Assembly (NCBI GenBank): GCA_046484135.1
Contig: JAWOBU010000187.1
Coordinates: 1 to 25,927, forward strand
DNA length: 25,927 bases
DNA from: a bacterium
Lineage (GTDB): Bacteria; RBG-13-61-14; DATKZS01
Direction: 5' to 3'
A model generated the notes under the pieces. The model was not told the origin of the DNA. It worked only from the letters and a program-made list of their open reading frames with translations, and did not search any database. The translations under genes were made by a program, and so were the position numbers. This document shows, one piece after another, positions 16,395 through 24,511 of the stretch (position 1 is its first letter; each line of letters begins with the position of its first letter).

Positions 16395-17459
16395 ATGCCG
16401 AAGAAAATCAAATTATCCCGAAAACAAATGAAGAAGCCTGACGAGTTCTTGACCTTTTCCGAGAAAGTGTGGGATTGGGCGGAAGAGCACATCTGGCTGA
16501 TCGTGGGAGTCATTGCGGTCATTATTGTAGGCGTTTTTGCGATGCGTCTGGCATCCTCCTGGTACGAGATCAGCCAGGACGCTCCCCGCCGGAGCCTTGC
16601 CCAGGCCGAGCAGGTGTTTAACGCCCCCATGCAGTCGGAACAGGACGAGCTTTCCATGGACATGTCCGGCGAGCAAAGATCAAAGTTCGAGACCGAGCGG
16701 CAGAAGTACCAGCAGGCTATCCAGTTCTTCCAGAAGGTGGTGGACTCGCACCCCGAGAGCGTCGAGGCCCGCCTCGCTTACCTGTATCTGGGAGTTTCTT
16801 GCGAAAAAACGGGAAGTTATCAGAAATCCTTAAAGCACTATGAAAGGTTTCTGGAAACCGGGGCCGCTAAAGACAACCAGGGCCTCAAACACTCGGCCCT
16901 TATGGGTATCGCCAGGGTCCACTACCAGAGAAAAGATTACGAAAAATCGCTTAACTATCTGGACAAACTTATAAAAAAGGATTCGCCTTATAAGAACGAC
17001 GCCATGCTCTTGAAAGCGCGGTGCTATCATGAGACCGGAAAAGAAGACGAGGTCCGAAAAATCCTCGGGGACATGCAACAAAAAGCTAATACCTCCTGGA
17101 TTGCAAGGACCACCCCTTTTCTGCAATCCTACTGGGAGAAAAAAGAGCAAGGCGTTATAAGCATACCCGACAAGGCGCCGGAAGAGATGTTCCAGCCGGT
17201 GAAGGAAACCGGAGAGGAAGAAGAAGAGGTTAAAGAGGCCTTGGACCTGAGCACGGGATCGGCCGGCAAGGACGAGAGCACCAAAGAAGAAGAGCAAGAC
17301 AAAACCAAAGAGGAGAAGGAGTCCGGGTCCATGGTGGAAATCCCGGGCGAAAAGGTGGGGGAAGACTCTGAAGAAGAAGAGGGCCTGCGACTTCCGGAGA
17401 AAACTTTTGATACCGAAGGCGCTTCCCAGGAGCGGGCTCCCATGTTCCCGGAGGAATAA
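16395..17459 (+). CDS. YfgM-like membrane-anchored TPR protein with an acidic C-terminal tail
   Basis: Basic N-terminus (SRKQMKKPDEFLTF), single TM, several TPRs and a Glu-rich tail; strong AGGAGG RBS; directly upstream of the BamB-like gene, as in the conserved yfgM-bamB pair. Confidence 0.8.
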   Translation: MPKKIKLSRKQMKKPDEFLTFSEKVWDWAEEHIWLIVGVIAVIIVGVFAMRLASSWYEISQDAPRRSLAQAEQVFNAPMQSEQDELSMDMSGEQRSKFETERQKYQQAIQFFQKVVDSHPESVEARLAYLYLGVSCEKTGSYQKSLKHYERFLETGAAKDNQGLKHSALMGIARVHYQRKDYEKSLNYLDKLIKKDSPYKNDAMLLKARCYHETGKEDEVRKILGDMQQKANTSWIARTTPFLQSYWEKKEQGVISIPDKAPEEMFQPVKETGEEEEEVKEALDLSTGSAGKDESTKEEEQDKTKEEKESGSMVEIPGEKVGEDSEEEEGLRLPEKTFDTEGASQERAPMFPEE

Positions 17460-17461
17460 TA

Positions 17462-18727
17462 TTGTTGAAATCAAAATACTTAATAGCGATTACCTTATGT
17501 GTTCTCTCGGCCTGCCTGATGTATCAGGGCGGGGTGCGGGCTTTGGAAACCGGGGGGCAACCTTCCGGCGGGGAACAAGAAAATAAGGACGAACAACCCG
17601 ACTTTTTCCGCACCGCCTGGCAATCCATGCGGGATTCGATGGGAGACCTTATCGGACCCGGCGCTTCATCCGAAAAGCTCCCTGATCCCGTCATATTCAA
17701 GACGGAAAAAATCAGCCGGCTCCGTTCCGACCGCATAAAGCCGGAGCGGGCACTGCCGGTGTACAAAGACGGCAGGATTTACATTGCCAGCTCTCGAAAG
17801 AAGCTAGTGGCCTTTGATCTATCCGGCGAGCGGGTGCTCGAGCACGAGCTCTCCTGGGCGCCTGTCAGCACCCCCTTGATCGAAGATAATAGGGTCTACG
17901 TGGCTGGAAGCGACGGCGGCTTCCACTGTCTGGAACTTGCTTCCGGCAAAGAACTGTGGACCCGGGACTTGAAGCTCATGGACTTCTCCAGACCGGCGGC
18001 TTCCGGCAACGCGATCATCTTCCAGACCGGAAGGGACAGGGTGGTGGCCTTGAGCCGTGATGAAGGAGAATGGCTCTGGGAGCACCAGCACCTGCGGCCG
18101 GAAGACCTGGCCCTGAAAGGATTGTGCCCGCCCGCTATTAAGGACGGTATCGTATACATCGGGCTGTCCGCGGGCTCGGTGGCTGCCATGGACGCCGAGA
18201 CCGGCAAGCTCTTGTGGAAGAGGCTCCCGTTCAAGAAGACGAAGTTCCGGGACGTGGACGCTCCGCTCCGGGTGAACGACAGTGCGGTATACGCGGTCTC
18301 CGTGTCCGGCAAGACCGCGGCCTTAAGCCGCAAGACCGGGCGGACTTACTGGAAGTTCGAAAGGGGAGGCATGGCCGGAAGCGTGCTGGAGGGTGGAACC
18401 CTGTACCTGGCCACTGACCGGGCCGAGATCATGGCCGTGGACAAGATGACCGGAAAGAAACAATGGACCACCGAGCTTTCCAAAAGGAAGAAAAAGAAGT
18501 TCTTCGATCTTCCTACTACACCCATCATAAGGGGAGACTTCCTGGTAACCGTATCTAGGGGCGGCAGGGTCTTCATGCTCGACAAGCGCACCGGCGAGAT
18601 CGAGCGGCATTATTTCTATTATACCGACACCAGTGCGCCCGCGGTCGAGGTTGGCGACACCGGCTTCCTGATCATGGACAATAAGGGGATAATAAGGTAC
18701 TGGAGCCTTGCAGGCACTCGCGGCTGA
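17462..18727 (+). CDS. PQQ-like beta-propeller protein, BamB-like, possible lipoprotein
   Basis: Repeated A.D..TG...W blades (ASGKELW, DEGEWLW, AETGKLLW, KMTGKKQW); lipobox-like LSAC at residues 15-18; synteny with the yfgM-like gene. Confidence 0.8.
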   Translation: MLKSKYLIAITLCVLSACLMYQGGVRALETGGQPSGGEQENKDEQPDFFRTAWQSMRDSMGDLIGPGASSEKLPDPVIFKTEKISRLRSDRIKPERALPVYKDGRIYIASSRKKLVAFDLSGERVLEHELSWAPVSTPLIEDNRVYVAGSDGGFHCLELASGKELWTRDLKLMDFSRPAASGNAIIFQTGRDRVVALSRDEGEWLWEHQHLRPEDLALKGLCPPAIKDGIVYIGLSAGSVAAMDAETGKLLWKRLPFKKTKFRDVDAPLRVNDSAVYAVSVSGKTAALSRKTGRTYWKFERGGMAGSVLEGGTLYLATDRAEIMAVDKMTGKKQWTTELSKRKKKKFFDLPTTPIIRGDFLVTVSRGGRVFMLDKRTGEIERHYFYYTDTSAPAVEVGDTGFLIMDNKGIIRYWSLAGTRG

Positions 18728-18739
18728 AGCCGCGCGCGC
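18718..18739 (-). repeat. REP-like palindrome overlapping the stop codon of the BamB-like gene
   Basis: TCGCGGCTGAAGCCGC matches TCGCGGCTAAAGCCGC at 2399 with one mismatch. Confidence 0.6.
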
Positions 18740-18760
18740 CCCAGTTTAGCCGCAAACATT

Positions 18761-18788
18761 TCTTCGCATAAGACATATTATGTTAAAT
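18761..18788 (+). other. dif: dif site (XerC/XerD recombination site)
   Basis: TCTTCGCATAA-GACATA-TTATGTTAAAT: 11-6-11 layout, XerD arm identical to E. coli dif, XerC arm ending CGCATAA; intergenic and AT-rich. Confidence 0.92.
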
Positions 18789-18911
18789 TAAGAAAAACCG
18801 AGGATCAACATTAAGGAATTGTTGCCATCCGCCCTTTTACAAACGATTTTTCGGAATCAGTAGCCCGGGATCATAAAAATTAAGAAAGGACATGAAGGTC
18901 TTAGAGGCAAC

Positions 18912-19298
18912 ATGCTGAAAAAATTGATAAAAAATCTTAGAGGCCTCCGAGTGGGATTCTATAAGAAGACCACGGAGAAAAGAAAGTACCCGCGAGTTCC
19001 CATAAGTGTCCGGGTGGTGAATATAACCAGCGGCAACTTCTCCTACTACCTGGCCACCAACATCAGCAGAGGCGGCATGTTCCTTAAATCGGCCGAACCT
19101 TTGGCCGAAGGGACCGACCTGACCCTCCAGTTCGAGTTGCCCGACCAAGAGAAAAAAATCCAGCTCAAAGCGCGAGTGTTAAGGAACCAGAAAAGCGCGC
19201 CCGGCTTCCCCCACCCTTCCGGGATGGGGGTCAAGTTTACCGAGTTGGAAGACCAGGACAAGGCCGCCATCCAAAAGTTCGTGGAGAGAAAAACCTGA
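18912..19298 (+). CDS. Stand-alone PilZ-domain protein (c-di-GMP receptor)
   Basis: RxxxR (RKYPR) and (D/N)xSxGG (NISRGG) motifs, plus GMGVKF. Confidence 0.92.
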   Translation: MLKKLIKNLRGLRVGFYKKTTEKRKYPRVPISVRVVNITSGNFSYYLATNISRGGMFLKSAEPLAEGTDLTLQFELPDQEKKIQLKARVLRNQKSAPGFPHPSGMGVKFTELEDQDKAAIQKFVERKT

Positions 19299-20432
19299 GT
19301 GAATTTCAAAGCGGAAACTAAAGTCGGCATAGGCGTTATAGGCGCCGGCCTGATCGGGGCTTTCCACTGCTCATGTCTCCTGACTATAATAGAACGGACC
19401 GGCCTTCCCGTATGGCTCTGTCATATCGCGGACACGGACGAGGACAAGGCGTACCGGCTTAAAAGGGAGTTCGGATTCAAAAAAGCGGGCGCCGACCCCA
19501 TGGCGGTCATCCACGACCCGGAGGTATCCGCGGTCTACATCTGTACCTGGACCAGCGAGCACCTTGCCCTGGTCCGGGAAGTCGCCCGGGAAGGCAAGCA
19601 CGTGTTCTGCGAGAAGCCGCTGGCTTTTACCGAGGCCGAGGCCCGGCAGATGGAGCACGCGGTTTCCGAGGCGGGCGTGATTAACCAAGTGGGACTGGTG
19701 CTCCGGCAGGGCCCGGTCTGGAACGTGCTCAGAGACGAGATAAAAACCCGGCGGACGGGAAAACCGCAAGCTTTAATCTTCCGCGACGACCAGTGCTTTC
19801 CCATAAAAGGCGCCCATCCTTCCACCTGGAGAAAGGACCGCGACAAGGCCGGACACGGCACCCTGATCGAGCACTCCATCCACGACCTGGACCTTGTGGA
19901 GTGGATGTTCGGACCCCTAGAATCAGTGCGGGCGGAAACCAGGAACACGTTCGGATACGAGGACATCGAAGACCTGGCCCGGGTGGACATCGAGTTTTGC
20001 TCCGGAATGACCGGCGTGCTGGTATCAGTCTGGCACGACGTTTTGCAGCGGCATTCCAACCGGAGGCTCGATGTCTTTTTCGAGCAAGAGTTCATGGCGG
20101 TCGAGTCCGAGTACACCGGTCCTCTTACGATCATGGAAGGCGAAGGTGATCTCACAACCTGGGAAGAGGAAGAGGTAAACAAGAAATACTGGGACCTGCA
20201 GAGCATCCAGGAACCGGTGGAGAGAGAGCTGTCAGTGATGTACGGGGTATACCCCGCTTACCTTTTCTGTCAAAGCCTGCTCTCCGGCAAGCCCGCGGGA
20301 CCCGGCTTTGCCGCGGCGGTAAGGGCGCATAAACTGGTGGACGCCTGTTATCTTTCCGCCCGTTCGGGCGAGCGTGTTAAGATAGACGCGGATCATGAAA
20401 TAAAAAGCAAGGAGAAGGAGAACGTCTCATGA
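19299..20432 (+). CDS. Gfo/Idh/MocA family NAD(P)-dependent oxidoreductase
   Basis: GVIGAGLIG Rossmann motif, GKHVFCEKPLA, and G.GTLIEHSIHDLD; GTG start abuts the pilZ stop. Confidence 0.92.
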   Translation: MNFKAETKVGIGVIGAGLIGAFHCSCLLTIIERTGLPVWLCHIADTDEDKAYRLKREFGFKKAGADPMAVIHDPEVSAVYICTWTSEHLALVREVAREGKHVFCEKPLAFTEAEARQMEHAVSEAGVINQVGLVLRQGPVWNVLRDEIKTRRTGKPQALIFRDDQCFPIKGAHPSTWRKDRDKAGHGTLIEHSIHDLDLVEWMFGPLESVRAETRNTFGYEDIEDLARVDIEFCSGMTGVLVSVWHDVLQRHSNRRLDVFFEQEFMAVESEYTGPLTIMEGEGDLTTWEEEEVNKKYWDLQSIQEPVERELSVMYGVYPAYLFCQSLLSGKPAGPGFAAAVRAHKLVDACYLSARSGERVKIDADHEIKSKEKENVS

Positions 20433-22546
20433 GACCATATCGGTTAATGTTGGCGGCGGTACTTGTTGGCGCGGCTGTGCTCCTGTCGGGTTCGGCTTTT
20501 GCCGGCCTGGACAAGAAAGGTGTTTCCAGCGCTCTGGAGGTTATAGCGCCTGCGGACGGCCTTCGCAGCCTCGAGGTCCGACAGTCCAAACAAGGCAAAG
20601 TATTCGCGGTAGTCGGACATAACGGGGGCAACTCGCTGCCCGCGGAACGATCCATCGTGGTCTCCATGAATGCCGGAGAAGGGCGCCCTGCCCTTTCCAC
20701 TTATGTTCCGCAAGGAATGATCGGCCGCTACTGGACCGCTCCGGAGTGGACGGATTCCTTGACCGAAGTAAACGACGAGACCCAGTACGCGATCTGGCAG
20801 GAGCCTTCCGGCGAGTACGGTGTGATGATTCCCTTGGTGGGCGGCGGCATGCGAGCGGTGCTGGAAGGCAACGATGAGTCGGTGCTGGTTGTGTCCCAGA
20901 GCTTCCACCCCGACTTCGGCCCGGAGGCCGTCCCCTTGTTCGCCATCGGGTGGGGCAAGGACCCCTACAAGCTCACCCGCTCGGTCTATACCTTTGCCAT
21001 GCAGACCATGCACGAGGTGGACCCCGAAGGCGTGATCGGGAGACTGCGCTGGGAGAAGGACTACCCCGAGGTCTTCCGCTACATAGGCTGGTGCTCCTGG
21101 AACTCCCATTACCGGGCCATCTCTGGTAAGGCGCTTTACAAACACGCGCGAGGATTTAAAGAAGCGGGCTTTCCCATGGGGTTCATGCTGATTGACGACG
21201 GCTGGCAAGATGTGTCCCGGCCGACCAACCTGCCGTGGATTACCGGCAACCTCTACATGACCGGGTTCGGCACCGACAAGAAGAAGTTCCCGGGCGGGCT
21301 GTCGCCGGTGGTCCGGAAGCTGAAGAACAAGTATAACATCAGGTACGTGGGGGTCTGGCACACCTTCCAGGGCTACTGGGACGGGGTGGCGCGTGACTCG
21401 AAGCTGGGCCGCGAGTACGAGGACGCGCTCATGCCCGTAAACGATAAAGCCGCGGTGCCTGATCCGCGCAGTGACGCGGGCGAGAGGTTCTGGAACGCCT
21501 GGTACAGCCGGCTTTCCGGCGAAGGCATAGACTTCGTCAAGGTGGACAACCAGAGCACCTACCCGTCGCTGGTGGGAGACAAACTGCCCGTAAGCCATGC
21601 CATGGCCGGTGCCCAGGAGGACCTGCAGGCGGCCGCGGAAAAATACTTCGAGTCTCAGGTCATAAACTGCATGGAGATGAACATTGACGTGGTATACCAG
21701 TGGAAGACGACCAACATCGCCCGCACCAGCATTGACTACGTGCCCATCTTCTACCATAACCCGCGCACCCACGTCACCAAGAACGTGATGAACGCGTTGT
21801 GGATGTCCAACCTGGCTTACCCCGACTATGATATGTGGAAGACCCACGACCAGAACGCGGACTATCACTCCGTGGCCCGGGCCGTCTCCGGCGGGCCGGT
21901 CTATATCACGGACAACGCCGGTGAAGAGCGCTACGAACTGCTCTGGCCTCTTATCCTGAGCGACGGCGAGCTGATACAGGTGGACGAGCCCGCCCTGCCG
22001 GTGGAAAAGACCATGCTCGAGAACCCCATGCGCTCGCGCAAGCCGCTCCTGGCGTTCGCTCCCGCGGGCAAAGGCGGAGTCATCGCGGCCTGGAACGTGG
22101 ACTCCTTCGAGCGCAAGGTCAAGACCTCCATTGCGCCCTCCGACGTGCACCGCATGGAGGGGCAAAGGTTCGCGGTCTACGATTACTTCGAGAAAAAGTT
22201 GTTCGTGCTGGACAGGGACGAAGATTTTCAGGTAGAACTGGGCAGGTGGGACGTGAAGCTTCTCACCTTTGTGCCGGTCGAGCACGGCTTTGCCGCCGTC
22301 GGCCTGGCTGACAAGTACATAAGCTCGAAAACGGTACTGGATGAAACCATCCAAGCCGGCCACGCCCGGGTTACGCTGGCCGAGCCGGGCCGGTTTGTTG
22401 CATACGTGGAGAAAAAGCCCTCTCGGGTCAACGCGGGTCAAAAAGAAATTCCCGAGAGCAGTTGGAGCTTCCGGGAGGGCATGCTGGAGGTTAAGCTTCC
22501 TTCGAGCGAGAGCCGACGCAAGATTGATATTGAAATCCATTGGTAA
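20429..22546 (+). CDS. Sip1/raffinose synthase-type glycoside hydrolase family 36 (alpha-galactosidase) with N-terminal signal peptide
   Basis: GWCSWN, LIDDGWQ, GVWHTFQGYW.G, GIDFVKVDNQ, PDYDMW and ARAVSGGPVYITD; Sec-like N-terminus ending SAFA; ATGA overlap with the upstream gene. Confidence 0.9.
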   Translation: MRPYRLMLAAVLVGAAVLLSGSAFAGLDKKGVSSALEVIAPADGLRSLEVRQSKQGKVFAVVGHNGGNSLPAERSIVVSMNAGEGRPALSTYVPQGMIGRYWTAPEWTDSLTEVNDETQYAIWQEPSGEYGVMIPLVGGGMRAVLEGNDESVLVVSQSFHPDFGPEAVPLFAIGWGKDPYKLTRSVYTFAMQTMHEVDPEGVIGRLRWEKDYPEVFRYIGWCSWNSHYRAISGKALYKHARGFKEAGFPMGFMLIDDGWQDVSRPTNLPWITGNLYMTGFGTDKKKFPGGLSPVVRKLKNKYNIRYVGVWHTFQGYWDGVARDSKLGREYEDALMPVNDKAAVPDPRSDAGERFWNAWYSRLSGEGIDFVKVDNQSTYPSLVGDKLPVSHAMAGAQEDLQAAAEKYFESQVINCMEMNIDVVYQWKTTNIARTSIDYVPIFYHNPRTHVTKNVMNALWMSNLAYPDYDMWKTHDQNADYHSVARAVSGGPVYITDNAGEERYELLWPLILSDGELIQVDEPALPVEKTMLENPMRSRKPLLAFAPAGKGGVIAAWNVDSFERKVKTSIAPSDVHRMEGQRFAVYDYFEKKLFVLDRDEDFQVELGRWDVKLLTFVPVEHGFAAVGLADKYISSKTVLDETIQAGHARVTLAEPGRFVAYVEKKPSRVNAGQKEIPESSWSFREGMLEVKLPSSESRRKIDIEIHW

Positions 22547-22639
22547 TATAATGTAAACATCGTTCTGCGGAAATATAATACGGTGTTTTGCGACTTACGC
22601 CGTTTGCACCATGTACATATTTTTTCAGAGCACCAAAGA

Positions 22640-22661
22640 GTGCGAGCGACTTAAGTCGCGA
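22640..22661 (+). repeat. REP-like palindrome GTGCGAGCGACTTAAGTCGCGA
   Basis: Exact copy of 5610-5631. Confidence 0.85.
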
Positions 22662-22726
22662 TTTCCGTTTTTCGCATTCGATATTCTTTACACAGGGCCG
22701 CAGATGGTCCCGCCCCGGAGGCCGGC

Positions 22727-24484
22727 ATGATAACCTGCGCGAACCACCAAAGGCGTGAAGCGGATTTTCACTGCTCCCGTTGCGAAGCCGCTTATTGCAA
22801 GGACTGCGTAAACGAAAAGAAGTTCGGCACCACCAGGACCCCGGTTTGCCCCTCTTGCAACGAACCGGTTACCGACCTTTCGCCCTACCGGGAAGTCCCT
22901 CCTCTCTGGAGCCGGATTCCTCAAGCTCTCACCTGGCCGTTCAAAGAAGACGGTTGGCTCACCCTGCTGGCCTGGGGTGCGTTTGCCATTCTCTTTCTCG
23001 GGGGTGCCAGGCTTGCCGGCACGGTGGGCGGCGGGCTGGCACTGATGGCAAAGGGCATGTGCCTGACCGTGTACTACGGTTTTCTCATCTCCTACCTGTA
23101 CCGCATCATCTCCAAGGGTGAGGCCGGTGATTTCCGCATACCCGAGTTTACCGAGTACCGGGGGATAGGACAGACATTTATCTGGCCCATCATCCAGTAT
23201 ACCCTGGCCGGCTTTATAATTTTCTGGCCCATCAGCATCTACCTTTTCGGGGCCTTTCTTTTTTACGTTAGAGGACTGGGAGATTTAGCAACCCTGTTTT
23301 CCTCTCCCATCACCTGGGTGATCCTGGTGGTTGGCGGAATCTACGGCTATATCTTTTACCCCATGGGCCTTTTGATTCTGGGGGTCGGCAGAAGTGTAAA
23401 GCCGCTACTGAACCCTTTGCTGGTCATTCAGCAAGTTTTTAAAATCCCCGGCACCTACTTCCTGTCCCTGGGCATTATGTTGATCTTTCTGATCATCTAC
23501 GGCATCGCCATCTTTTTCTTCGATGTGGTCAAAGCGTCCCTGCCCCAGATGTCCATCATCTTCGGAGCGGTCCGGTCCTTTATTGACGGGGTCCTCCAGC
23601 TTTATCAGCTCATGGTCTTCGGCCACATCCTGGGCTACATAGCGTACCAGGAGCGGTTCCGGCTCCAGTGGTGGCCCGAGACCAAGGAAAAGCCGGCTTT
23701 CATGATAGGCGGCAGGCCCCAGTACATGAGTCAGTCCCGGTTTCCGGCTTATGCGGACGGCCGCGGTCCCGGCGGAGGCTCTGTTTCCCGGCCCACCGCG
23801 TCCGCGGCCGCAGGAGCGGCAGCAACAGCCGGAGGCATGGCAGCCGCGGCGGCCGGTTCATCCACCGGTGGAAGACCGCCTCCTCCGCCTGGAGCCAGCT
23901 CCAATCCCGGAACCAACAACCCGGGCAGTTTTGAAGAAGACATGGAATTATCGCGCCGAATAAACGACGGCATGGCCATGCTGGACCACGGCAGGCACGA
24001 GGAAGCTGAGAAACTGTTTAAGGAAATATTGGACCAGAACCCGAACAACATGGGAGCGCTCCGCGGCATCACCCTGGCGCTTATCAAGCAGAAGAACTAT
24101 CCCGCGGCCGCGGAGTACGCCAAGAAGCAGGCATCCGCGCTTTTGAAGGACAAGGCTTACGACTCCGCCTGGGAGGTCTACTCCGAGATGGCCAAGCATG
24201 TAAAGGAATTCTCCCTCGAACCACGCGATCAACTGCTCCTGTCCAAGTGGCTTAACGAACAACAAAGGTGGATGGACGCCGCCCGCGTACTGAGGTCCCT
24301 GGCGGCAAAGCACCCGGACGACCCACTGGCTCCCAAGGCCCTCTACCAGTGCGGAGAGCTCCTCTGGAAAAAGTGCGATAAAAAGGACAACGCCCTCCAG
24401 GTGTTCCAGTACCTATTAAAGAAGTACCCGGACCTTCAGTTTGCCGACCATGTCCAACAGTCCATCAAAGAGCTCCAGTCCTGA
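22727..24484 (+). CDS. B-box-like zinc finger + multi-TM (DUF4013-like) + low-complexity linker + TPR protein
   Basis: N-terminal CxxH-x8-CxxC-x4-CxxC-x13-CxxC; about 6 hydrophobic helices with ALTWPF and G...IPEF segments; Ala/Gly/Pro linker; C-terminal TPRs (HPDDPLAPKALYQCG, LLKKYPD); GGAGG RBS. Confidence 0.8.
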   Translation: MITCANHQRREADFHCSRCEAAYCKDCVNEKKFGTTRTPVCPSCNEPVTDLSPYREVPPLWSRIPQALTWPFKEDGWLTLLAWGAFAILFLGGARLAGTVGGGLALMAKGMCLTVYYGFLISYLYRIISKGEAGDFRIPEFTEYRGIGQTFIWPIIQYTLAGFIIFWPISIYLFGAFLFYVRGLGDLATLFSSPITWVILVVGGIYGYIFYPMGLLILGVGRSVKPLLNPLLVIQQVFKIPGTYFLSLGIMLIFLIIYGIAIFFFDVVKASLPQMSIIFGAVRSFIDGVLQLYQLMVFGHILGYIAYQERFRLQWWPETKEKPAFMIGGRPQYMSQSRFPAYADGRGPGGGSVSRPTASAAAGAAATAGGMAAAAAGSSTGGRPPPPPGASSNPGTNNPGSFEEDMELSRRINDGMAMLDHGRHEEAEKLFKEILDQNPNNMGALRGITLALIKQKNYPAAAEYAKKQASALLKDKAYDSAWEVYSEMAKHVKEFSLEPRDQLLLSKWLNEQQRWMDAARVLRSLAAKHPDDPLAPKALYQCGELLWKKCDKKDNALQVFQYLLKKYPDLQFADHVQQSIKELQS

Positions 24485-24511
24485 TATAGAGCTGTCATCC
24501 GGGGCCGGCAC

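Noticed and set aside
18728..18911. IMEX or prophage integrated at dif
   Set aside because: No second dif-like site was noticed, and the flanking genes are not phage, replication or recombinase genes.
20444..22540. 698-aa minus-strand ORF
   Set aside because: Antisense shadow of the GH36 gene; no recognisable domain.
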